In this document: piece by piece, positions 12,836 through 27,859 of the stretch
How the letters are laid out: each line of letters starts with the position of its first letter
How positions within the stretch are numbered: the stretch's first letter is position 1
Source: Curvularia clavata
Taxonomy: Eukaryota
Direction of reading: 5' to 3'
Length of the DNA: 64,000 bases
NCBI GenBank assembly: GCA_023920165.1
Contig: CP089274.1
Location: 2,976,001 to 3,040,000, forward strand
Notes under the pieces: generated by a model
Seen by the model: only the letters and a program-made list of their open reading frames with translations
Told to the model about the DNA's origin: nothing
Databases searched by the model: none
Position numbers and translations under genes: made by a program

Positions 12836-14613
12836 CTATGCATGTGGCGCGTTAGATACCGAGTTATTCTGCAACGTCGGTGCGTTGTCTGGGGGTGTTG
12901 CTGGAGTTGCATTGTCCTGCTGCACCGGGCTTCCATCCTGTCTTTCTCTCCGAGCCCTAGACGCAAAAACATCGCTCAAGCGTGCGCTGATCCTCCTACT
13001 TCTCCTCTCTCTTACACTGGCTACGTTCTCTACACTTTGGTTTGGGCTATCTCCAGCGAGGTCGCCACTTTGGTTTGCCCGTTGCTCTCTCAGACGGCGC
13101 AGAGCTCTGATCCGGTCTTCGGCCGAAGCATTTGGTAAGTGGCGGAATGAGAGAATATCACGGAGTGCACTGCGGCGGCGATGTGAGGTTTCAGCCTCGG
13201 GGTTTAGCGGCGGAGCAAGTTGATCCTGATCTTGCGAGGCAGAAGAGTCATGTGAGTTTACAGGTCGGAGATCAACACGACTGCGAGATGTTAATGGCTA
13301 TTGGACAGAAAACCATGAGAGATGAGCAAGCTTACCATAATGGACATGTACCTGACACGTTCAAGAGCCATGGATCCACGCATTCAGGGTGGAATTTGTG
13401 ATCACATGGGAGGACGCGCAGATCTTGACCCTTCTCGAAATCTTCGGTGCAGATGGAACAACCCAAACTTTCGTCTGGCGAAGCATTGTCCGTGCCCGTG
13501 GAGCCAGCCGCAACAACAGGCTGTGCTGGTGCAATGCCTGACTGATGCTCCTCGATGTCAACAGGCGTCGCTTCATGTCGCGCCTCTGTGACATGCTGCG
13601 CGCCTGCCGGCGCAGCATGATTGGTCTGGTCCGTGGATAACGTTTGGTTTGTATTAATGTCGCTAGTAACATTAGCTCCAGGTAAATCTCTCGTCTCAGT
13701 CGTCGGGCCTAGTTCCACGTCGGCAGGTTTCGTCTGCTCTTTCTCCCCAAATTTTACAATGGGAATCGTGTCGAGTATGGCTCTTCCTAAGCCTCTTGCC
13801 CTGCTCTGCCTGGGTCGTCCAAGCACGTTCCGTGGGCCGTAGCGCTCAGGATGGCGATGGGCTCTTACTGCGCCGGTGATGATGATAACAAGGAACAGAG
13901 CCGTGATGATGCCCGTAATACTGTAGAGAATGATCATAGCGACAGCAGTCGATGGCGAGGGGCCTAGTGGATTCTGCGTCTGGCTCGAGTTGCTACTCCC
14001 ATTGTCGTTACCGGTATTTGATCGGCCTTGAACTTGGACAAAGTATTTCATGTGTGCGGGTGGGTTGTTGATTTGGTTGAGTACGGAAGCTGAGTCGCCC
14101 TTGTTGGTCATCGAGTAGACTGCGAAACGCTGCAGCATCTCCTGCGAGTTGTCCTGCTCATAGTTGCAGTAGTCGGTGACGGTACTAAAGAGGATGACGG
14201 CGGAGATGTTGGCCTGTACATAGGCTTGCTCGAAGACGTCTTGGGCACCGCGGTAGCCGTTGTAATCGGCGGGGTTGCAGCTGATGTATGCGATTTCATC
14301 GTCGGTGATATTGGCGATGTTCAAGAAGGTTGCGTAGTAGAGGTTGCCCTTGACCTGATAGTCTATGTCAGTTCAAGTGGTGGGATGCGACACTGTGGTC
14401 GCGACGCACCGAGTTGGCCGCTTCCTGGGTCAAAGGAATGACATTGGCAATCTTGCGCGCGTTCGCATCGGCGTGGGCGAGGGGCAGCGTATCACGTCCC
14501 AAGTCGGGTCGGGCGGTCGAAGAGTTGGAGGCGGAGATGGCGGCTAAGGCAGGCGTGGCAAGCAAGAGGCAGGTCAACTGCCAGGGCAGCTGGTGCAGGC
14601 GCGCAAGCAGCAT
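12836..14613 (-). CDS. Type I membrane RING-H2 E3 ubiquitin ligase (signal peptide, lumenal domain, TM, RING-H2), 3 exons
   Basis: Signal-like [61 protein letters not shown]...[16 protein letters not shown]...CPLCR, completed across an intron at about 13281-13335; stop TAG at 12836. Confidence 0.88.
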
Positions 14614-15697
14614 CTTGTCGGCGTGCCGGTTACGAATGAGCAGCGCAGCGGTTCGAATTCCCCATGGAGGTTTTCGAGTTGTGGGTGTATGTGTATCCAA
14701 CGGCGGCTGGCTCCAAATTGTAGTGTAGCCGGATAGGTCGACAGCAGATGGCAGTCGGCTAGACGAGAAGATGATGGTCGCGCCGGACAGATGACATGCT
14801 TAGTGCGACCGGGAGCGACGGGTCCAAGTGGTTATGAGAGGAGTGTATGGTATGGCAGACGGCGTACAGGGCGTGGGCGGAGAGGCGCGGCAACAGAGGC
14901 ATGGGATGGATGACGGGCTGTGTTCGTTCCCCCACCCCTCCCCCAAGCAAGTCCCGCTGACGCTGCAGACCCACAGTCGCTCGCTGCCCACTGTCCATTG
15001 CCCATTGCTCGCCTCACCCTCGCGTCCTTCTGAAACCCGGTCCAGCCCACGCGGTTTCGCTACGCCGCCCTATCCTGCCCATGTCTGCTACCCTCCGACG
15101 GCATTGGTGCGATGCCGCCGCCTTCCAGACGTCCACCCCCATCGTCCGCTGCCCTCCAGCTTCTCTCTCCGCGCACAGTATGCGTAAGCTTCATGGCTGA
15201 GCTGCCCTCCAAGGCTTCGGCCCGACCCCACCGTTATTCAGATATTCAGAAGATCCCCCAGCTCCAGCGCAGTGCACGTTGATCGCTTCACGTCCCTCCA
15301 CACTCCAGATGGACATCGTCACCAGCAGCCAAGAGCCTAGTTAGATCGACCGCTTTATTCCCGGCTCATCATGCACACCCGCCATCCTATCTCGGCAATG
15401 CATCATGCCGGAAAGAGTAGTCCCTATCCACAGTTTCACCTATACCCATGCATCCCTTCCCACGTTTCATGCTTGAATGATGCTTACATATCGCCATTGC
15501 ACTGCTCTTTACATACATCTACCATTACAAATTCAATTCCAATACCATGACGACCCAAACGCCTGCGCTCTGCTGCCATTGATGCGGGCTTAATACCCGC
15601 GGCGTCTTGTTGTTACACTAAAGAAAAGCCTTTTTTGGTGAAGCTGTAGTCACCATGGAAGCATTCTACTCCCCCTTCACTCCAGCCTAACGCTGTA

Positions 15698-18600
15698 CTA
15701 GTAGGCTATGCCACTTCTTGCGCGCCCGGGCGTCTTGAACGTCATGGACTGCACCTGTTGCTCCACCAGTCCGCCAAGCGCTAGTGTATCCATGGGATCA
15801 ACCCCCATCCTCTGGAAGTCGTTGAAACCAGACAGATAGAAACCAGCAATCACCACCAGATACGACAGAATCAGAATCGACCCCTTGAAGTAGTTGCTCT
15901 TGCCCTCACCGTACATGTACGACAGGAGGAAGACGCACAATATGACGGTAATCATGTCCCATTGGGGGAAGATGAGGGTGAACGTCTGGTTGGCAACCTC
16001 GCTCACCGGAATATACCCGCTGTGGATGGCGCTATAGAAGACAAGTGCCGGGATCTGGAGAAGACAGACTTGCAGAGCATAGGCCGATCCAATCTCCATA
16101 GAGAGAGCAATGTTACCATTCATCGCAAACGAAATGGCATTGAGAAACTCAGTCGTGTTGGGCACCAATGCGAACAATGTGATGCCAAGAAACTTCTCGT
16201 CAATGTCGGACCCCTCCAACACCCCGTCCACAGTATTGACAAGAATCTCGGCAATAACAGCGTATGCAACCGTCGCTGTCAACAGAATGGCAGCACTCTT
16301 TTGGCGACTCCAGTTTGGTGCATCGTGTCCTCCAGATGTGTGCCCAGGCGCCGTCTCACCCTCGTCGTGCGCAGCCTCTGTGCTAGTGCGCGTGTGGCCA
16401 GGGCGATCTGCGTGCCCTTTGCTTGGCACATGGGCAAGGTGCGCAGTCTTACGAGGAGCTTTGGTGACATCGCGTGTAGCCAGGGCTGTCGTTGTTGCTG
16501 CAATTTCGGTAATCTGGCGTGCTAGCGATTCAGCAGCATCATCCGTGAGGCCTTCGACGTGGAACGAGTGATGTGGGTTTGAATACCCATCTTTGGGCGG
16601 CACCAGGTGGGGGGTGTTACTGTCTGCCTTTGAGCTAGGTCGCCTATCGCTTGACGTAGACTGCTCTGGTCCAATGCCAACCTCCTGTAGAGTTTGGCTA
16701 ACCATGCGCTTGTAGAGTTGGCTGTCCCGGACGTGTGTGCGATTGACGGAATGACTAGTTGCTTGCCTGGAAAACGATGAATGAGGGAAGTCTGCGTGGC
16801 CACTGTGGCTAAGACTGCTCGCGCTCATCTCCAGAAACTTCTTTTCTTGAGCATCTGGCTCCGTCCATATGGTCGCGGCGTGAGTTCGGAGAGTAAACAA
16901 GAGGCCGATGATGTAGGAGAAGAACAACAGCGCGGCGGAGAACCATGTATATGGCTTGACAGCTTCATTGTAGAACCGGTCATGGAGTGCTGGCGTCTGC
17001 GAGTAATAGCATCTACGGCAGTCTCGCTCCTTGGGAGCGGAGTGGTGAGGTCTGATACATTGGTGGCAATTGAGCTCATGCTGAAATTCGTTAGCGGACT
17101 TTTCCAACCAAAAGCAAAAGGTACTATTCTTACACTTCCATAGATTTGGTAGAACAGTGTCGGTCCAAAGGCGCCAATGACGGCAAACAAAAGCATGGTT
17201 GATGTGACACCAGCGGATCGTACATTGAATCGCTGAGTCTTACGCTTCAAGGCACCAAAGCACATGGACAACCCAGGGAGGAACAGAATACCTGCAAAGA
17301 TACTGCCAATGATACTTCCCTCGACCAGTTGTGCTTTTCCTTGATTGAGTGCCACGCAGTAGAGAAAAACTTCGACGACGGTGGAGAAGAATGCGTTGAT
17401 GGTCGCACCAACACCCATGGAGGACTGGGCTGAGATGGAGGCTACTGCTTGACCGATAAAGTACGCCAGTGGAATAATGGACAGTAATGCCAGTGTGAAG
17501 AGAAGAAACTGGTCCGTCAACCAGAAGTGAAGCTCCATGGCTTCAGCCAGGACAAAGTAGTCGAATATGGTAAAAGCAACCAAGCCGAGGAGATTGATGA
17601 GAAAGATGTTTGTGCCATCAATCGTGTACTTCCAGTATTTGATACCAACCGCCCGATAGGTACAGAGCAGGATGGAAGATGACTCTCCGGGGCGGCGCAC
17701 GTTGCCATTATCAGAGTGAAAGGAAAGAGCAAGAGGGTGACGACGCAAGTGATCCAGCAAGAGCAACGTTGTCTTGCCCATGGGAATGGAGAAGACGAGG
17801 AACCAGCAGAGTGCCGAAACAAAGAAGAGAGAAGGTGTGAGGATGCCGTAGAAGAAGAGGAAAAAGATGACTCGTCCAAGAGTCCACTTGCCACGGCCAA
17901 ACAGCCTCCTTTTAGTGGTAGCAGTGTCAGTATGGGTCATGTTGCCACGTCCGTGTCTTCCAAGTAGACTTGTCGTCTCACTGCCGGCAGAGTCGACACT
18001 GTCACGCCTCCGGCCAACAAGCGAGCTCTCGCCAGCATTAGTAGGGCCAAAGAACAAACGTCCCTCCTCTATATCGCCGCTTTGCCATTGCTCATATTCG
18101 CTGATACTGCGACCCTCGCCTTCGTCTTCATCTATGTATGCCTCATCTTGCATGAGCTTGACGTATTTACCAAAGGGATAGAATAGGTATGAAGCGAGGT
18201 GGAACAGGAGACGCGAGTACTCTTGGCAGCTTTCGTTGAAGCCGAGCAGAGCGCACAGCAGTCCACCGGCGGCAGCCACGACAGCTAGCCACCAGCCGAA
18301 GACGAGGGTCCAAATCAGATTGAAGAGCAGCAACCACCTGCTGACGTACAGGCCTGGTGACGAGTGGATGTCGGCCTCTGCGTTCCGTTGGACCGATCGG
18401 CCTTTTTTGTAGAGGGCAGGTTTCCAGATCCTGATACCAAAGGGATGTGTCACGTTGATGGCATCCTGACGGTCGCGTAGGGTGAAGCTCTCAGCGTCAC
18501 TCAGCCCGTCGTCTTCATCGGCACCTCCGCTCTCGTCTTCGGCCTGCACTGTTTCTTCGCTCGAGGAAACAGGTGTCGCGTCTACGTCGGTGCTTGTTGA

Positions 18601-19191
18601 CGGGCGGGCGTTATCTCGTCCAAGTTCGTCATCTTCGGTAGAGTCGATAGGAGTCAGGGTCGCCGGCTGTGCAGCAGTTCTTCGGCGGACGGTGGAGGAT
18701 TTGCGGCGCAGTGTCTGTCGCTGCTGCTTCTTTTGAAGATCTTGCTGAGCCTGGTCTAGCTCTACCTCCTCCTCTGCATCGTCGACACTAAACTCCTGTC
18801 CCTTCTGCGGCCACTTGGACGATGTTGCGCGGCGGGTCATGGAAGGCTTCTTGGGCTTGACGGAAGCTTCTGGAGCGGGTGGGTTTTGCTGGCGGCGGTC
18901 TTTTCCAGCAGACATGGTACCTGTGGACTTGTTAGCTTCATCTTGGGCTTGTTCTCGTTGTCGGTGTCATGGTTTTTCTTCAGGACTGCAGCGAGGGACT
19001 GTCCATGTGCGGGGAACAAAGCCGTCCGTACCGTAGCTTGAAGACTGGACTGCAGCTTGGGAACGCCTGCGCGTGAATTCGGACGTCGCGCTTTGGGCGG
19101 GCGCGTCACTGGGGGTGCCATGGATGCTGCTCTGGCGAGACGGCTCTGGCGACGGCTTGGCCCCGCTGTGTGTGGGAGTGTGGTCCTCCAT
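15698..19191 (-). CDS. VNX1: Vacuolar cation/H+ antiporter, CAX family, VNX1-like, 3 exons
   Basis: RQDAINVTHPFGIRIWKPALYKK, YccF-like TM hairpins, alpha repeats GSIIGSIFAGILFLPG and LVPNTTEFLNAISFA...EIGSAYALQV, SNYFKGSIL. Introns at about 18921-19031 and 17082-17134. Confidence 0.88.
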
Positions 19192-20026
19192 GGCGATGGT
19201 CGCGATGTCGCGGGCGGGCGTTTAGGAGCGATGCGATTCAAAGCAATGCGATAGCAGGAGCTATCAGCAGCCCGATCTTGTTTTGGGCAGACTGGAGACT
19301 CTGAATGGCCCCGGCGCAGGCTATGTGTTTATGTGCACGAGACACTAGTCTGTCGCCGTGCAGTGGCAGCTATGGGCGAGGAGAGGGTATGCATGCCAGA
19401 GTGCCGTGATGGCCGTCTGCTGAGGTCTGATGTGGGCGGAAGCTGCAGATGACCCCATGCTCTTAGGCCACTCACCACGCTTCCGGCTTGCCATGATAGC
19501 TTTTTTTGCGGGCCCTGTCTCACCCCAGACGACGCCCGCGCAAGCGCTGCAAGCGGGTCACATGACGCAATAGACAGGCGCATTCTGTTCGCCCGTCTGT
19601 CCTGCAGCTGCGATGCAGTGCAGGTATTGTGAGTCTGTACATGCCTTTTGCTCACCACCCTATTCACGTGCAAGTGGCCGTGCCTGCCGGGGCTGCGGCA
19701 GCGGCAGCGGCGGCGGGCGTCATTGGGGGAGCTACCCAGGAAGGCGCGGTGGGGCCCCCCAGCCGCTACTTCCCTCCCGGCCAAACCATTAATCCGGCCG
19801 CCGCAGCTTCGGAAGCTTCCAGTGATGAGCGTGTTCATACACCGGCTGGTGCAACATTCGCCAACCACAAACAAACACTGACGCCTCTACCATCCCCATT
19901 GCCATCCCATCGCGATCTCCACTACTCATCTACACTCGCTATCCATTCCGTGCCTCGCCGTTTTCCCCTGTACTGCCGCTCCTCCCCCCACCAGCCCGAC
20001 CATCGCCTCCGGCGCCCGCCACAGCC

Positions 20027-21246
20027 ATGGCGCTCGACACTTTCTTCCACAACAAGATCGAGGCCATGAAACTCGAAATCATACAAGGCCAGGCAAAGCT
20101 ACGACGACTCGAAGCCCAACGCAACGACTACAACTCGAGGGTACGGTTACTACGCGAGGAGCTTGGCCTTCTCCAGCAGCCAGGGTCCTATGTCGGCGAG
20201 GTGGTCAAGGTCATGGGCACCAAGAAGGTGCTGGTCAAGGTGCATCCCGAGGGCAAATACGGTGTGTATTAACGAGACTCAAAACTAGGGCCCAAGAGCT
20301 AACAAACCCAGTCGTCGATGTTGCCGATAACGTCGACATCACCAAACTCACCGCCGGCAAGCGCGTTACCCTGCTCAGCGATTCCTACAAGCTCGAAAAG
20401 CTACTGCCGTCTTCGGTTGATCCGCTCGTCTCTCTCATGATGGTCGAAAAGGTGCCTGACAGCACATACGACATGATTGGTGGTCTAGATCAGCAAATCA
20501 AGGAGATCAAAGAAGTCATTGAGCTCGGTCTACAACATCCCGAACTCTTCGAGTCGCTCGGCATTGCCCAACCAAAGGGCGTTCTGCTATACGGACCACC
20601 CGGAACCGGAAAGACGCTCCTCGCACGTGCCGTTGCACACCACGCCGACTGCAAGTTTATCCGAGTCTCTGGTAGCGAGTTGGTTCAAAAGTACATCGGA
20701 GAGGGCAGTCGCATGGTTCGAGAGCTCTTCGTCATGGCGAGAGAACACGCACCTAGTATCATCTTCATGGACGAAATTGACAGTATTGGATCAAGCCGTG
20801 TTGAAGGCAGTTCTGGTGGTGATTCCGAGGTACAGCGGACTATGCTGGAGCTCTTGAACCAGCTCGACGGTTTTGAGCCGACCAAGAACATCAAGATCAT
20901 CATGGCGACGAATCGACTCGACATCCTCGACCCTGCCCTATTACGACCTGGCCGCATCGACCGAAAGATCGAGTTCCCACCGCCAACCGTTGAGGCGCGT
21001 GCTGATATTCTGCGAATTCACTCAAGGAGCATGAACTTGACGCGTGGAATCAACCTCACCAAAATCGCTGAGAAGATGAATGGATGTTCGGGTGCCGAGC
21101 TGAAGGGTGTATGTACTGAGGCCGGTATGTACGCTCTCAGAGAAAGAAGAGTGCACGTCACACAAGAAGACTTTGATTTGGCAACAGCCAAGGTACTGAA
21201 TAAGCACGACGACAAGGCCACTAGTCTCAGCAAGCTGTGGAAGTAG
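20027..21246 (+). CDS. RPT6: 26S proteasome AAA-ATPase subunit Rpt6, 2 exons
   Basis: [20 protein letters not shown]; Walker A GPPGTGKT; Walker [34 protein letters not shown]-terminal KLWK; intron 20262-20311. Confidence 0.97.
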
Positions 21247-23406
21247 GCGGTCCAGTGCGGAGCGCTCAGACCACATCGAGCTGTGCCCACGCTTACGTTG
21301 AGAGTATGCCCAGCAACCAATGTGCCATAGACATTTGACATAAATAATGAATGACTTTTTAGTTATTGATTTTGACAATGTGACCTACCAGAATTATAGG
21401 ATCATGTGCTGGGTTGTGCGAAATTACTCCAGCTACCCAACCAAACCTAAGCATGTCCCAACCAGCGCATGCACATTTTATGTCTTGCCTAACACGATGT
21501 GCTTGACTTGCTACACCATCGCATTACAGATTTGTGCTACTTTTTCATGTCTTTGTTGTTTGAAAACTTGGCATTTCAACAGAGACGCACGCACAAAGCA
21601 AATATGAAATGTACTGCACCTTTTGCTCGTGAGAAAAATGACTACCTCATCCGTCGATTATATTGTATTCCCGCCGTCTTCAAAACCGGGAAAACTACTC
21701 AGAACAAGACGCAAAGGCTCCGGGATCATAAGGATCATTCAGAAAGTCCCTTGTCGCAACCGTGGACTTTTTTCAAGTAGAGCTTCAAGGTTTGTTCAGT
21801 TGTAAACAGTTTGCACACTCAGGTCATCTTCCAAGAGACCAGGTAGGTAACTTAACAATACAATAGATCTAGCAGGTGCATCTGTATGTTACAGAAAATA
21901 AGCACATCTCTCTACTCTATTATCTTTACTGATCTCCTCATTGTATCTGCTCCTAAAGCAGGAATTAGGTTATGTAGTTCTTCATGTCTAATATAAACAC
22001 CTGGCTGACCAGACCTCATTTTTGTTTTAACTCATCTTTCGGTTTCAAATCATCACCTTGATGGAAGAATCGTAAACGCAAGTCATCCGTTAAGAGTAGG
22101 ATATCGGCTGAAGGACGACAAAGTAGGAATAGAGACTGTCCATGTGAATGCTTATTCTGGCACAGAATCAAAACACTTTTGTATCACCTACAGGTCTTGA
22201 AATTCAGAGGACGATTTTATCTCATAGTTTTAAATGGCATCAGCAAAAGATGCGGCTTTCGCGAATATGAGTAGACACTAGGGCATGAACTCTCTACATC
22301 GCTTAATAGAAAGTAGAGTTTTGCGAGGTGCATGCGCAATTGAGATCAGACTCACTCACGAGACTAAACTAGCAAAATAAAAATACATATAGTAGTATAA
22401 AAGTAGGAGATAGCGCGCTACCAAGAACCTTACATCAAGTGTGTCACGTCTTGCATGCCATCTCCACGCCTCTAGTCAATGGGCTGCTACCTAGTCAGTC
22501 CGTTGTACTAGCCTTCCCCTTGCGTGAATCAAAGCACAATCTAGCCCTAAATCCATCGTAATTCGCCCCAAACTCCTGTTTGAGTAGTCCGTTCTTGGAA
22601 ATGGCGAGAACCTCCAACACCATCAGGCTCGAGCAGTCTACCCCAGGCAAACGTCCCCCTCCCATTGCTAGAATCGTATCTAGTTACAGTGCTAATCTAG
22701 GACTAATTCATGCATGACAACTCAACAGGGACTCAGTAATAGTCTTACCCGATGAGTATGTTTGTCAGTATATGCATGAATATGACGATTCGATGGACGC
22801 CGGATGGTGTGATGAGCACAGCGCGGCACGATGCTGGCAAACAACGGTCATCTATGAGAAGAATATTAACGGAACTCACCCCCATCTTGTACAGTAAGTG
22901 ATAACATGTCTAGAATATTATTCATGCCCTTATACCAATCGCCTTCCACAGATTCCTATGTCAGGACCCATAGACTGCACTTCTCGTGCTGGCAAGACCT
23001 TCAGGACCGCCAGTCAATGATTTCATTCGGCAGAACAAAGCTGCCATGTACAGCGCCCCCTTGGACTCAGTATCCAGTCGTACCCTGCCCTGAGTCTAGG
23101 GACATGCAAGTGCCATAAATTCTCGAATAACTCTACAATGGAGAGCGTCGATACACTAATGGCAACATAGATGTATGGGGTATCACGCAGAATGTGGTTG
23201 CGCTGTTCATGCATATGCACGCAATCACAATCGCGATACGACTAGGACAGAATTGAACAAGACAAAAAAAGGCCCGGCTACCGCCGAGATAGGGCAACGG
23301 TTGCAGAGCAAGGTGACTAATATGACGTCACGAGCATTACACTCTTAAGTTTTCTCGCCTATGGCAACCATCCAAACTGCATAACAAGCCGAGAAAGAGA
23401 ATCAAT

Positions 23407-24439
23407 ATGAGCGAATCAAAGGAAATGGTGGTGATCTTGACAGGTGCTTCCAGAGGTAAGCTAGGGTCCTGTAATCCATTCCAGCAAGCTACCCAATTAC
23501 CTCGATGGTTTTTCTTATTACCCCACGCATCCCTTCCATCCTTCCACGTATTTCAACGGAGCACGTGCATGATACATGTTTTGTTCAATATCAGCAAACA
23601 TGATAACAGTCCCATCACCCTATTATGACATAACAAAAAAATAACCCTGTTGTTTGTAGGAATTGGACTAGCAATCGCGCACCATCTCCTCTCCCATGGG
23701 CACAAACTCGTCCTCGTGTCCCGGACGCACTCGGCCCTAGATCAACTTCACTACCAATATGGCTCAGACAAAGTTGAAGTGCTCGCTGGTGACATGGCCG
23801 ATGCATCACTGCCCAAACGAGCCGTTGAGCTAGCAAATGAACGTTGGGGTCGCCTCGACTCGGTCATCATCAACCACGGAAGCCTAGATCCTGTGAAAAA
23901 AGTTGCAGATGCAAGTGTCGAAGAGTGGAAGAAAGGTTTCGACGTTAATGTATTCAGCGCTATAACCTTGGTACGTAGTCTCATGTCCAACCCGCAGCGT
24001 TCAAGAGCCGGCTAACTCTGCCTTGCAGATTCAAGCTTCCCTTCCTTCGCTACGTGCTACAAAGGGTCGTATCCTGCTCACTTCGTCTGGGGCAGCCGTG
24101 TCTGCTTACCAAGGCTGGGGTTGTTACGGTGCTGGGAAAGCGGTTCTCAACCATCTTGCATTGACTCTTTCCGTGGAAGAACCGGATGTCACTACCATCT
24201 CCATCCGGCCAGGTGTCGTGGATACGGAGATGCAACGAGAAATCCGCGAAGTGCACCACGAGCGCATGAGCCAAAAGGATCGGGAGAAATTTAGCGGGTT
24301 GAAGAGTGATGGGGGATTGTTGAAGCCCGAACAACCGGGCCACGTCATTGCCAAACTTGCTGTGAGTGGTGGAAAGGAGCTGAATGGAAAGTTTCTGAGC
24401 TGGAACGACGAGAGTCTGAAGGCTTTTCAAGAAGAGTAA
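23407..24439 (+). CDS. Short-chain dehydrogenase/reductase (sepiapterin/benzil-reductase-like), 3 exons
   Basis: TGASRGIG assembled across intron 23456-23659; INHG; TSSGAA; catalytic YGAGK; RPGVVDTEMQ; second intron at about 23971-24028. Confidence 0.9.
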
Positions 24440-24588
24440 CATGTCATCATAGCATTCAAAGGTCGTTATCATAGGTTAGGATCTACATCTACAACGTGAT
24501 TAAAATGTCGCCCGACAGTCCCTGCACTGCCCTGGTTGCTCATTCATGCGTCTAGAAGCCTTTGCATGCTTCAGCAACTCACACATAC

Positions 24589-27000
24589 TCATTTAGCGGG
24601 GCGACCGGCCAATGTGTCAATGTCCGTGGGGTTGCTCGGAGCTCGGGGCCTGCCTGACAGCATGTCCACCGTCTCCTTGAGAGCCATCCAGAACTCGTGC
24701 TTGGGACGCCTCCGGTGCCACTCAGTCTCCCTCTTCTCAACAGATTCCATTGGAGAGAAGAGTAGCTTGCTACCCTTAATACCAATAACACTGATGGACA
24801 TCGGGTCATCGTCAATATCATCTGGACTCATACCAGCAAAGCCCTCGAGATGCTGCATAGCCTTGGTAGCGAATCTGACAGCCCTGACACGGTCCATTGG
24901 CGAAGGAATCGTGCCTTGTTGGAAGTGACCAGGTACACCGTGGCGGGACTCAAACTTGCCCTTGCCAGCCTCGGCAATCATCTGTGCGATGATTTGTACC
25001 GAGTATGTCTTGGATGCCTTCTCGTTGACAAGAATTACCTTGCCAGACCTGCTGATACCTTTGTCCTTCCTGAAGACAGTGCTCAAGTGGTCAATGTCAC
25101 GGTCCAGCATCTTGAGGTCAATTCCGTCCTCTGGAGTATAAACGGCCAAAGCTCCGATGCTGAGACCAGCAACAGTTGCGATATAACCTGATTCACCACC
25201 CTGCGTCTCAATGACAAAAACACGGCGACGGCTCGCGGATGCAGATTGGCGACAGGCATCGGAATATTGGATGAGCGCGTTCAAGCAGGTGTCGGAACCA
25301 ATCGAGTACTCAGTGCCGGGGACATTGTTCGAAATGGTGGCCGGGAGGATGACCTGGACTTTTGTCAGCGCACTGCTCAACCTACACGTTCAAAGTCATG
25401 TACTTACCATTGGAATCTTGAATGCCTTGTAGTATTCGCGTGCTTTCCGCAATTCAGAGACAGCTGTAAAAGCCTCGAATCCACCAACGATAAACAAAGC
25501 CTGGATATTGTACTTCTTGAAGACGAATGAGACGGTTTCGAGATCCTCACTAGGAAGTCCACGGTTGGTGCCAATCTCAGAGCCTCCCTTGGACGCCCAT
25601 GTCTCAGCATCAACCCACTTGATGTCTCGGACCGCGCCGATTGGCTCATCAGAGTGGTGACGAATGATGCCAGGGAAGCCATTGTGAAGTGCTACTGGTG
25701 TGTGACCACGAGCAAGGCAATGAGCTACGGCGGCACGAGTCGCTGCGTTCATTCCTCCAGCTGGTGCTCCGACGTGAATGATGCCAATGCGCATGCGCTT
25801 GTTTTCGGGTAGTAGAAGCTCTGGCTGGTCGGCTGCTGTGGTGATCTTGTAGGCCTGGTACTGTTGCTCGAATTCGGTATCGCGGAATTGCATAGCCTTG
25901 TGGAAATCCTTGTTGTTGATAGCCACGGCAACTTCTTTGGTCTGAGCGACAGCCTCGAGAAGTGGACGGCGGACAATCTTGTTCTCTTGCATGCAGATAA
26001 CGGGACTGGGGACGTCGGGGCTAGCGTCCAAAACTGCCTTGACGGCCTCAACTCCCTGAAGTGTTGCAAGCATGCGATCGTAAGCGCATGGTGTGCCTCC
26101 ACGTTGGACATGTCCAAGTGTTGTCACACGAGTATCAAGCTTTGCTTCATTTGAAAGAATGTCCTTGATGTGCTGTGACGTAATCTTGTTAAGGTTACGA
26201 TCAATGGCACCTTCAGCGACGACGACAATTGTCTTTCGCTTTCCCATACTCCTGTGCTTCTTGATTTGTCGGCACATTTCTTGTTCCCAGCCTTCTTGTG
26301 GTGGGTTCTCTGGGATGAAGACAAAGTCTGCTCCTGTTGCAACACCGGCGCTGAGGGCGAGCCATCCACAGTGTCGGCCCATGACCTCGATGACGAAGGC
26401 TCGCTGATGGCTTACGGCGGTAGTATCGACCGAGTCGATGGCTTCGCAGATACGGCCGAGTGATGTGTAGCAACCAATGGTAGCATCCGTCATGGACAGG
26501 TCATTGTCGATGGAGCCGACCAAGCCGACAATGTTGAGGTGTTTGAAAGGCTCGATTTGCTGTTGGGTGAGTTCTTTCGCCTGGACAAGCTCTTCCAACA
26601 GCTCTGGCCATTCTGCACGGAACTTGTCCGCACCTGTGAGGGAACCGTCACCACCGCAGATGATGAGCGCGTCAATGCCCTTGACGATCAGGTTCTTTGC
26701 GGCTGTCCGGCGTCCCTCACGTTGCATGAACTCCATGCAGCGCGCTGTGCCGATGAGGGTACCTCCCTCGGATAAGAAGCCTCTGACATCCTCCCACTTC
26801 ATTTCCTTGATCATATCGCCGCCCTTGACGAGGCCGTCGTAGCCCTCATATATGGCATAGGCCTCGCAATTGTTGTGAATGGCTGTACGGACAACGGCTC
26901 GTACGGCGCCATTCATGCCGGGCGCGTCTCCTCCGCTGGTCATAACTCCAATGCGCCTCTTCTTGCCCTCGAGAGGCGGGGGAATGTCGGCGGGCGCCAT
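24589..27000 (-). CDS. PFK1: 6-phosphofructokinase, 2 exons
   Basis: [52 protein letters not shown]; regulatory half [20 protein letters not shown]; intron 25354-25407. Confidence 0.97.
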
Positions 27001-27859
27001 ATTGGGGTAGTAGAAGTAGTGTGTGCGAGGTATCAGACGGGGCAGTGAGGGAAGAGAGAGGGCAGAATCAAAGAAAGTAGGTGGTGAGTGCAGGGCGGAA
27101 AAGATATTTGGGCGTGGGTCGGTATGAGGTCAAAGTGGATGCGCCTGTCTAGCTGAAAACTTACAGACGCCAAAAGAAGCGGGCCCCTGCGTGTTGAGAA
27201 GGTTCGATGGGTGGTGGTGGGATGATGGTGGGCGATGGAGGGGTAGCTTTGCCGAGTGCGGGCGGCAGCAGTCACGACATGAATTTACAGTGCAAGCAAT
27301 GGCAGCGGTGTGTGTGAGAGCCGACGCGTCTTTTTGGGTGAAGGTGGCTATGTAGACATGTCCGGAACAATTGGTACATGGATGCATGCATGCATGCACG
27401 AGAGAGGCCGGAGCCGGTGAGGATACGACCATGGACGGTGCTATGAAATGACGTGGGAGCCCGCAGAAGAAAACAGCTCCCCGGTCCGCAAGTGGGGTCA
27501 CACCACCGGCGATCTGCACGGCGGGCCAAGGCGCTTCCTTCGCTTCGTCACTGCGTTGCCATGTTCCGACGTCAATTGTCAACTCATTCGACTCAGCTGC
27601 AACCCGCCAATGTCTTGGGCTGCGCCTCTGCGGGCACTACGGTAACCACCGCGCTCCGTCCCCAGTCCGGTCACGCCATGTCTTTTGTCCGAGACATGAT
27701 AACAAGCTTCAAACAGGTGCAACCATGGTTTATTGTCGTCACTCACTCAGTGTCTGCCAGAACCACCCTATTCGACGCGCCAATGCATACACAGTCTTCT
27801 CGTCAGGGCTCTGCCCAATCCCTTGGTCTGTAAATACCACCAACACAGCAATCCATCTA

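Noticed and set aside
14645..14670. GGTTCGAATTCC resembling a tRNA T-loop
   Set aside because: No cloverleaf stems or A-box can be built around it
21350..23350. 2-kb AT-richer gap between RPT6 and the SDR, possibly a RIP-mutated or decayed element
   Set aside because: No terminal repeats, transposase or RT motifs, and no coherent ORF found by eye
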